Shown here: positions 58,095 through 64,000 of the stretch, piece by piece
Position numbering within the stretch: position 1 is the first letter of the stretch
Layout of the letters: each line of letters starts with the position of its first letter
NCBI GenBank assembly: GCA_964561875.1
Contig: CAZLQL010000003.1
Span: forward strand, 5,822 to 69,821
Source: an uncultured Candidatus Saccharibacteria bacterium
Lineage (GTDB): Bacteria; Patescibacteriota; Minisyncoccia; Phycocordibacterales; PALSA-1337
Length of the DNA: 64,000 nt
Reading direction: 5' to 3'
Notes under the pieces: generated by a model
The model's database searches: none
Seen by the model: the letters and a program-made list of their open reading frames with translations, nothing else
Told to the model about the DNA's origin: nothing
Position numbers and translations under genes: made by a program

Positions 58095-58547
58095 GTGATT
58101 TTTCGTGGAATAACATATGTAAATAGTAGTATACTATATGATGATTATATTTCAATGATTGAATATCAAAAGAAAAAGAAAATAGGAAATTTCATGTATT
58201 CACCAATATCTCTTTTGGTGCTGTTCATTATATTTATAATAATCCTCAGGTCTGTTTTTAATGTTTATTCAAAAGAGAAAATAAGTAAACTAAATTTAGA
58301 AAAAGAAAAGATTGAGTATGAGAAGATGAATTCAAGAAAAGATAATTTATTAAATTCTATAGATTATTTAAAAACTGATGATGGTATAGAATCAGAAATA
58401 AGAAATAAATTTAGACTTGTAAAAGAAGGTGAGTCTGTAACAGTTATTGTAAACGATAATTCCATGTCTAGTATAAGTATTGGTACAAGTACAAAAGTTC
58501 AATCAAAAAGCCTTTTAAGTAGTATATTTGAATGGTTTTCAAAATAA
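58095..58547 (+). CDS. Septum formation initiator FtsB/DivIC-like protein
   Basis: N-terminal TM helix, coiled-coil KISKLNLEKEKIEYEKM and SEIRNKFRLVKEGESV resembling the FtsB box (ARxxLGxVKPGE). True start probably at an internal Met. Confidence 0.4.
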   Translation: MIFRGITYVNSSILYDDYISMIEYQKKKKIGNFMYSPISLLVLFIIFIIILRSVFNVYSKEKISKLNLEKEKIEYEKMNSRKDNLLNSIDYLKTDDGIESEIRNKFRLVKEGESVTVIVNDNSMSSISIGTSTKVQSKSLLSSIFEWFSK

Positions 58548-58596
58548 AATTTTCTATTGTGCTATAATAATCAGACTTAAAATTTAATTTAAATAT

Positions 58597-58833
58597 ATGA
58601 AAGATATAAAAATATATTCAACACCCACATGTCATTTTTGTAAGCTAGCAAAAGAATTTATGCAAGCACACGGTATCAAGTATACAGAATACAATGTCGC
58701 TACAGATCTAGAGAAAAGAAAAGAAATGGTTGAAAAGTCAGGACAAATGGGTGTTCCAGTTATAGATATAGATGGGGAAGTTACAGTTGGTTTTGATGAA
58801 CAAGAATTTGCAAAAGCTGTTGGTGTAAACTAG
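58597..58833 (+). CDS. Glutaredoxin-like protein (NrdH/YruB family)
   Basis: KIYSTPTCHFCKLAKEF CxxC active site. 78 aa thioredoxin-fold. Confidence 0.7.
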   Translation: MKDIKIYSTPTCHFCKLAKEFMQAHGIKYTEYNVATDLEKRKEMVEKSGQMGVPVIDIDGEVTVGFDEQEFAKAVGVN

Positions 58834-58958
58834 TAATATAAATAACTTCAAACTATTTATTAAACACAAAGCAGATAAATGAAATAATTAGCCTAAGAAA
58901 AAAAGGTTACTCTTTAACTGAAATTAGACGAATTACAAATAGATCAGTTGGTACAATA

Positions 58959-59501
58959 TTGAAATATATAAGAAATATAAAAATCAGTAAAAAGTATAAG
59001 GATATACTTAGATCAAAACAAGGTGGTAGTAGATTGAAGTCAATAAAAGAATGGGATATAGCAAGAAAAAAAGCTGATTTATTGGTTGGTAATATGTCGA
59101 TAAGTAATATTATAATGTTGACGGTAGGTCTGTATTGGGGTGAGGGTACAAAAAGTCAATTTAATCTTATAAATGGTGATCCGTATTTAATAAAAATATT
59201 TATTAGAGGTTTATATTTAATTGGAGTTCCTAAAAATAGAATTAAATTTAGCCTTAGAATATATCAAGGTATGGATGAAAACTTATTAAAAGATTTCTGG
59301 CAAAACTTTTTAGAAATTAAAAAAGAGCAATTTAGAAATTCGGAGTTTATATATGGAAATACTAATAATAAATTAAGGTATGGAATGTGTAGAGTTACTA
59401 TCATTAAACCAGCAGAGTATTTCAAACTTCTGATGAGTGTGATACATTCTATTAAACAGATAAGTCATCATAGTTCAATGGATAGAACGAGGGACTCCTA
59501 A
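58959..59501 (+). CDS. LAGLIDADG-like putative homing endonuclease (single motif)
   Basis: IMLTVGLYWGEGTKS fits the LAGLIDADG pattern (G-L...acidic-G). TTG start in track. The ORF runs 38 nt into tRNA-Arg and stops in its anticodon loop. Confidence 0.3.
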   Translation: MKYIRNIKISKKYKDILRSKQGGSRLKSIKEWDIARKKADLLVGNMSISNIIMLTVGLYWGEGTKSQFNLINGDPYLIKIFIRGLYLIGVPKNRIKFSLRIYQGMDENLLKDFWQNFLEIKKEQFRNSEFIYGNTNNKLRYGMCRVTIIKPAEYFKLLMSVIHSIKQISHHSSMDRTRDS

Positions 59502-59535
59502 GCCCTAAATGCAGGTTCGATTCCTGCTGGTGACA
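59464..59535 (+). tRNA. tRNA-Arg (anticodon CCT)
   Basis: Cloverleaf: acceptor GTCATCA/TGGTGAC (one G-U). D-arm GTTC-AATGGATA-GAAC. Anticodon loop CTCCTAA. T-arm GCAGG-TTCGATT-CCTGC. 72 nt, CCA not encoded. One 31-39 mismatch. Confidence 0.7.
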
Positions 59536-59571
59536 CTAATTTATGAGCAGTAAATATGTTATAATATTTTT

Positions 59572-59859
59572 ATGACACCAGAAGAAAAAGAGCTTTTAGA
59601 AAGGACATATAAGTTAGTAGAAGAAAATAACTCGATACTAATCTCTATAAGAAGAGGTAATAGGATAAGTACGGCAATGAGGGTTATTTATTGGCTTGTA
59701 ATACTAGGTTTTTCATTCGGAGCATACTATCTCATACAACCATATTTAAATTTCTTAACAGGAATTACAGGTATTGGTAACGATAAGGTTCAATCTATTC
59801 AGGGCATACCTGGGTCATTAAGTAGTTTTCAAAACGGCCTGCAAGATTTACTAAAATAG
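59572..59859 (+). CDS. Small hypothetical membrane protein
   Basis: 95 aa with a single central TM helix (VIYWLVILGFSFGAYYLI). Located between two tRNA genes. Confidence 0.3.
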   Translation: MTPEEKELLERTYKLVEENNSILISIRRGNRISTAMRVIYWLVILGFSFGAYYLIQPYLNFLTGITGIGNDKVQSIQGIPGSLSSFQNGLQDLLK

Positions 59860-59933
59860 GGTATTAAATAAACACTACTATATTTACTTGCTCTAATTCC
59901 TAAAAAAGTTTAGACTATTTAAATCTGTTTGAA

Positions 59934-60015
59934 TGCCAAGGTAGATGACTTGGTAGACAAGCGAGTAAAATTTAATATGCCAAGGTAGCTGTTTTGGTAG
60001 ACAGCGACCAAGTAG
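59934..60015 (+). repeat. Two tandem degenerate copies of the tRNA-Phe 5' half (period ~43-45 nt)
   Basis: AATATGCCAAGGTAG-atgacTTGGTAGAC and AATATGCCAAGGTAG-ctgttTTGGTAGAC precede the intact AATATGCCAAGGTAGCTCAGTTGGTAGAGCG. Confidence 0.5.
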
Positions 60016-60020
60016 AATAT

Positions 60021-60096
60021 GCCAAGGTAGCTCAGTTGGTAGAGCGCTCCCCTGAAGAGGGATAGGTCACCAGTTCGATCCTGGTCCTTGGCACCA
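60021..60096 (+). tRNA. tRNA-Phe (anticodon GAA)
   Basis: GCCAAGG acceptor. GCTC-AGTTGGTA-GAGC D-arm. Anticodon loop CTGAAGA. T-arm ACCAG-TTCGATC-CTGGT. CCTTGGC-A-CCA encoded. 76 nt. Confidence 0.9.
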
Positions 60097-60211
60097 ATTT
60101 TGGTGGTTCAAATATCTCATATATTTTGATTAAAATACTTGTATGCGTAGGTAATTTACTTTTACACATACAGTAGTATAATTACTGTGATTTATTAATA
60201 TTTTAAATTTT

Positions 60212-60568
60212 ATGGATCAACAAAATCAAAATCCTGTTCCAAACCAAGTTCCACAAAGTTCTCCTTCTTCAAATGGTCATATGATAGCGGTATTCTCTTA
60301 TATAGGTATACTTGTGATCATTCCTTTGTTTACTCAACATAAAGATGATCCATTTGTAAAATTTCATATAAAACAAGGACTTGTTCTACTTATAGCTATA
60401 ATTATAGGTTCAGCAATAAGTATGATTCCTATAATTGGTTGGTTATTATCACCAATAATATTTTTATTTAACCTTATCTTAGCTATAATGGGGGTTATCA
60501 ATGTTCTATCAGATAAACAAAATCAACTTCCAGTTATAGGGAAGTATGCAGATAAAATAAATATATAG
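60212..60568 (+). CDS. Small membrane protein, DUF4870-like
   Basis: Pro/Gln-rich N-terminus, then AVFSYIGILVIIPLF...FHIKQGLVL typical of DUF4870 2-3 TM proteins. Confidence 0.4.
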   Translation: MDQQNQNPVPNQVPQSSPSSNGHMIAVFSYIGILVIIPLFTQHKDDPFVKFHIKQGLVLLIAIIIGSAISMIPIIGWLLSPIIFLFNLILAIMGVINVLSDKQNQLPVIGKYADKINI

Positions 60569-60585
60569 TAAATAAAAAGTAAGTA

Positions 60586-60617
60586 ATAAAAAAGACGGGA
60601 GACCGTCTTTTTTATTT
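60586..60617. terminator. Bidirectional rho-independent terminator
   Basis: AAAAAAGACGG-gaga-CCGTCTTTTTT between convergent genes. A-run and T-run flank the hairpin. Confidence 0.6.
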
Positions 60618-60618
60618 A

Positions 60619-61086
60619 TTATATTGTTCTTACTTTCAGCTTCGACTGTCTCTTTTTATCTAGTTTTGGAAGTTTTAGTATAAGTAGACCATGCTTTTCT
60701 ATAGCCTCCGCTTCGTCTACATCAACTTCTGCTGGCAGGGCAATAGTTCTAGAAAATGAACCCCAATACAATTCTCTTGAAAAATAATCCTCTTCTCTTA
60801 CTGTTTTCTCTTCTTCTCTATGACCCTTTATCGTAACCATGTCGCGAGTTATAGATATATCTAGATCTTCTGGGTGAACACCAGCTATCATAGTCTTTAT
60901 AATTATCATATCTGCAGTCTGGAATACATCAACTGTAAGTTCTCCTTCTTTATCTTCCTCTTCACTCCAGTCATCAGAAGATTGAAGACCTAGTTTTTTT
61001 GGAGATTCTTCAATCTCTTTTTCATCACCATCCAATCTTACTGATCCAGTTAATCTTTCAAAAAACGATTTTTTTTCTTTTGCCAT
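60619..61086 (-). CDS. Hsp20/alpha-crystallin family small heat shock protein
   Basis: Alpha-crystallin domain: DVFQTADMIIIKTMIAGV...DISITRDMVTIKGHREEE...GSFSRTIALPAEVDVDEAEAIEKHGLLILKLPK. Confidence 0.85.
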   Translation of the reverse strand: MAKEKKSFFERLTGSVRLDGDEKEIEESPKKLGLQSSDDWSEEEDKEGELTVDVFQTADMIIIKTMIAGVHPEDLDISITRDMVTIKGHREEEKTVREEDYFSRELYWGSFSRTIALPAEVDVDEAEAIEKHGLLILKLPKLDKKRQSKLKVRTI

Positions 61087-61101
61087 ATAAAATTATTAAA
61101 A

Positions 61102-61800
61102 CTAACTAATTAAACTATCATCTGGCTTTACAGTCTTTATTTCTTCAAATAGGATTATCAGAATTACTACAGCGCACCATACCCAACCAAATACTTTTAG
61201 TGCACTCACAGAACTTGCCTTAATTATAGCTAAGTTAAAAGATGAGTGCAATATGACAGCTATAAAAATTCCAAAAACTGTGGATAATATTTTTACAATA
61301 TTGTTTTTATAAAATGAAATTCCAATCATGAAACCTATCGTTGCTGAAGATACGACATGAACTAAGCTTGAACCTATAAATCTCAAACTTCCAGTAATTA
61401 TGCTTTTTGCTATCTCACCATTTCCAAGAGGGGATAGTATAAATAGAGTATTTTCTATCGCAGCAAATCCCAATGCTACTGTTATACAGTATATGATCGC
61501 ATCTATGGGTTCGTCTAAATATCTTGAATGAAGTGTAACTATCACGAAAGCGAGATATTTTACGATTTCTTCAACAAAAGCCCATCCTAAATATTTTGAA
61601 TTAACATCAAGAAGGAATTGGGCAGAGTATTTTTCTAATATAATAGCCAAAACCACAGAAATACAACCAGATAGAAAGGTGATAGCTATAAGTAGTCTTG
61701 GTTCAGGGTGTAGATTGTCTTCTTTAAGCCAAAACCATAACCAGATTAAGGTTGGTAATATACCAGAAAGCAAAGCGTATATTATAGTTGTTATGCCCAT
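61102..61800 (-). CDS. PrsW-family intramembrane protease-like protein
   Basis: 7-8 TM helices. EEIVKY and ALGFAAIENTLF segments resemble PrsW conserved motifs (EExxK, FAxxEN). Confidence 0.5.
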   Translation of the reverse strand: MGITTIIYALLSGILPTLIWLWFWLKEDNLHPEPRLLIAITFLSGCISVVLAIILEKYSAQFLLDVNSKYLGWAFVEEIVKYLAFVIVTLHSRYLDEPIDAIIYCITVALGFAAIENTLFILSPLGNGEIAKSIITGSLRFIGSSLVHVVSSATIGFMIGISFYKNNIVKILSTVFGIFIAVILHSSFNLAIIKASSVSALKVFGWVWCAVVILIILFEEIKTVKPDDSLIS

Positions 61801-62069
61801 TTACCAAATTATAACCCAAATTACCCAAATATCGTTGGGGAAAAGACTTCATGTTATTCATTTGTATAACATATACATTAAGACTTGGTTATATAACTAA
61901 ATAAAGATAAATAAAGATATCAGCTTGACAAATTCCTATTTTGTGATAGGGTACAAAGTAAATGTGTTCTTTGACAGGAATCTTCAATTGTGTTGTTTTT
62001 CCCGTGTGGGATAGACGTCAGGATATGTCCTGCACATTGTCGATTTCAGAAGAACTATAGGAGGATAGA

Positions 62070-62936
62070 ATGAAACACTTGTTTGCACTCATGTTCGCCA
62101 TCATGACGATGGCGTTTCGGACTGTCGGGGCTGACACTATCACCGTTAAGGTGTATGCGTCTGTCGGGCCACTTACTTCGTCACCGGATTTTCCGACCTT
62201 TGCGTCGGATTTCTTGAACGACGCGTATTCGGGCAATGTTTTGCCCGGGCCGGTGTCGATGACAACCTTCAACAGGGTTGGTCCCAAGTTCGAGCCGGGC
62301 TGGCTCATGGGCGGGAAGACCATCTGGTTTGCCACTGTCATGGAGAGGGCTGGGAAGTCATTTCTCCCTACCAATCTCACTGCCCAGATTACGTCTGGAC
62401 CAAATGGTCTCTTCAACAAGGTGGAGTTGTATGCGAATACAAACTTTATCTACGCCGGAACATCTCGGGGAGAAATCACGGAGTCAAATGGATCCAAGAC
62501 TCTCTTTAACGGGGGTCGATGGTCCGATCAGTCCGTCAACAAGTTTGCTTTCCTTGGAACGGCAAACAAGACCATGAATGCCAACAGTCAGGCGGAAATG
62601 GATTCGAACACCGCCTGGATGATGGGTTTCCCCAACTTCACACTTGAATGCCAATGGGCAATCAAGGAAAACGGGGTCATCGCCGGTATCGGCAGTGTGG
62701 TACTCGAGACCAAGCCCGAGATCGTGGTAACCCCGCCACATCTCACCGTCGTTCGCGACGTTGCAGGGAAGGTGAAGCTTACCTCGCCTGATCTTGTTGG
62801 TACGGCTTCCATCGAAGCCACCGACAGTATCAAGACCCCGGTTTGGACTGGAGTCTCGACCCTCAATGGTCAGGTTCCGACCATCCTCAATGCGGATGGC
62901 CAGACAAAGTTCTTCAGATTGAAGGTGGTGGAATAA
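62070..62936 (+). CDS. Secreted protein of unknown function, GC-rich (probable horizontally acquired gene)
   Basis: About 56% GC versus about 30% background. GC-rich codon usage. AGGAGG SD 6 nt upstream. N-terminal signal peptide MKHLFALMFAIMTMAFRTVGA. Shadow ORFs on both strands as expected for a high-GC gene. Confidence 0.6.
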   Translation: MKHLFALMFAIMTMAFRTVGADTITVKVYASVGPLTSSPDFPTFASDFLNDAYSGNVLPGPVSMTTFNRVGPKFEPGWLMGGKTIWFATVMERAGKSFLPTNLTAQITSGPNGLFNKVELYANTNFIYAGTSRGEITESNGSKTLFNGGRWSDQSVNKFAFLGTANKTMNANSQAEMDSNTAWMMGFPNFTLECQWAIKENGVIAGIGSVVLETKPEIVVTPPHLTVVRDVAGKVKLTSPDLVGTASIEATDSIKTPVWTGVSTLNGQVPTILNADGQTKFFRLKVVE

Positions 62937-62956
62937 ACACCTTCAACCCCCACAAC

Positions 62957-63008
62957 AGCACCCAGTCTTCAAGGCTTCACGCTAAGAAGATTGGGTGCTT
63001 TTCGTTTT
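62957..63008 (+). terminator. Rho-independent terminator (long loop)
   Basis: AGCACCCA...TGGGTGCT followed by TTTCGTTTT. Confidence 0.4.
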
Positions 63009-63090
63009 AATCTATATTATACATCTGTATTTAAACCTATATTTATACCTATACTTCATCAAAATACATACATAAATAACTACAGCCCCC

Positions 63091-63120
63091 TTGACTTTTT
63101 CCTCATTATCGTGTATACAT
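63091..63120 (+). promoter_or_regulatory. Promoter TTGACT-N17-TATACA
   Basis: Consensus-like -35 hexamer and a TG-preceded -10, about 40 nt upstream of the ATG at 63160. Confidence 0.35.
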
Positions 63121-63159
63121 ATTGGGTAATTATTAGACAATAATTAACATATAAAATCA

Positions 63160-64000
63160 ATGATAGAAAATATAAATAAGACTTTTGCTGTTGCTCTGGC
63201 TGTAATATTCCTTGTTCCCGCTGTTTCTTTTGCTGAACCTTCAGTATCAGATAGTGGTAATGCAGGAACTGCAGTTGTAGTTTCAGCACCTACAGTATCT
63301 GATCCGGGTAATGCAGCTGTTACAACAACTGCTAGTACTCCTTCAGTAACTGATTCAGGAAATTCAGCTGTTACAGCAAGCGCTGGAACACCTGGAGTAA
63401 CAAATTCTGGTAACGGAGCTGTTACAACTGGAGCAAATGAACCTCATACAACAAGTGGTGGTAATTCTGCTGTTACAACAGGAGCAAATACTCCTTCAGT
63501 TACAAATCAAGGAAATGCTGCTGTAATTACACCTTCAAACACTAATACAGGTGGAAATGGTGGTAATACAGGTGGTGGATCTGGTGGTTCACTAGGTGGA
63601 GGAAATAATGTTGGTTCAGGTTCAGGTATGGGAGGTGGACCAATATCATTCATAACTTCACTTCCAAAAAATGTAAACGGTTGTGTGTACATAACTGAAT
63701 ACCTAAAATTTGGTGGAAATAATTCTTCAACAGAAGTTACAAAACTTCAAACATTCCTAAAGAATGTAGAAGGACTAAATGTTGATATAAATGGAAACTT
63801 CGACAATAAGACTCTAGAAGCTGTTAAGGCTTTCCAAGAGAAATATGTAGCAGATACAATGCTTCCTTGGGGTGTTACAACTCCTACAGGAGAAGTTTAT
63901 CTAACTACACAAAAGAAGATAAATGAAATCTATTGTAAGGCTCAGTTCCCATTGTCAGCTGAACAAAATTCTCAGATTGAGAAATATAAGTTAGCTCTAG
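63160..64000 (+). CDS. Secreted repeat protein with C-terminal peptidoglycan-binding (PG_binding_1-like) domain, 3'-truncated by window end
   Basis: Not in the ORF track because no stop occurs before the window end. Signal peptide MIENINKTFAVALAVIFLVPAVSFA. Six ~17-aa repeats P(S/T)V(S/T)D(S/P)GN(A/S)AVTT. Gly-rich linker. LKFGGNNSSTEVTKLQTFLKN...GNFDNKTLEAVKAFQEKY matches PG-binding domain 1. Confidence 0.6.
   Translation, partial: MIENINKTFAVALAVIFLVPAVSFAEPSVSDSGNAGTAVVVSAPTVSDPGNAAVTTTASTPSVTDSGNSAVTASAGTPGVTNSGNGAVTTGANEPHTTSGGNSAVTTGANTPSVTNQGNAAVITPSNTNTGGNGGNTGGGSGGSLGGGNNVGSGSGMGGGPISFITSLPKNVNGCVYITEYLKFGGNNSSTEVTKLQTFLKNVEGLNVDINGNFDNKTLEAVKAFQEKYVADTMLPWGVTTPTGEVYLTTQKKINEIYCKAQFPLSAEQNSQIEKYKLAL
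63199..63540 (+). repeat. Tandem ~51-nt coding repeats
   Basis: Repeated ccttcagta.ca.gat.c.ggtaatgcagctgttacaaca units (6-7 copies). Confidence 0.5.

Noticed and set aside
62018-62866. Additional ORFs inside the GC-rich gene (62018-62419 minus, 62278-62577, 62484-62741, 62588-62866)
   Set aside because: These are shadow frames typical of high-GC coding sequence. Only the 62070-62936 frame has an SD, a signal peptide and full length.
1-64000. CRISPR arrays, IS elements, integrases and prophage genes
   Set aside because: No short direct repeats with unique spacers, no transposase/integrase-like ORF and no terminal inverted repeats were found. The only tandem repeats are the tRNA-Phe half-copies and coding repeats.

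Overview
AT-rich (roughly 30% GC) bacterial chromosomal segment with dense, mostly co-directional genes. Many genes overlap by 4 nt and most native genes lack a Shine-Dalgarno sequence, consistent with a small-genome, possibly CPR/Patescibacteria-like organism (inference). Contents, 5' to 3': (1) a peptidoglycan-precursor block: murD on +, then a minus-strand operon ATP-grasp / DCSG-motif protein / mraY / Bpt-ATE-like aminoacyl-tRNA transferase homologue / murC(mpl-like), plus a divergent PLP-enzyme and zinc-ribbon pair. (2) a GC-rich island (9.15-9.85 kb) holding two promoter- and terminator-bounded structured RNAs with no credible ORF. (3) a VirD4/TraG-like P-loop ATPase with a His/Asn-rich tail. 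(4) a ~28 kb glycan/glycoconjugate cluster (11.9-40.6 kb): about 11 glycosyltransferases (GT4, GT2, GT9, GT47-like, GT-C), seven class I SAM methyltransferases (three with an N-terminal zinc ribbon), AsnB-type amidotransferase, a fatty-acid-desaturase-like protein, a YfhO-like protein, a Wzx-like flippase and an O-antigen-ligase+TPR protein. (5) housekeeping genes murB, secA, a DUF1653 gene overlapping the secA stop, an epimerase, class I RNR nrdAB, RNase P RNA, a second ligase-TPR paralogue, murJ and lepA. (6) a variable 3' region: FtsB-like protein, NrdH-like redoxin, a LAGLIDADG-like ORF overlapping tRNA-Arg(CCT), tRNA-Phe(GAA) preceded by two degenerate tandem copies of its 5' half, Hsp20, a PrsW-like protease, a ~56% GC secreted-protein gene with a strong SD (likely horizontally acquired), and a truncated secreted 17-aa-repeat protein with a peptidoglycan-binding domain. 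No CRISPR array or classical IS element was seen. Coordinates of small features may be off by 1-2 nt.
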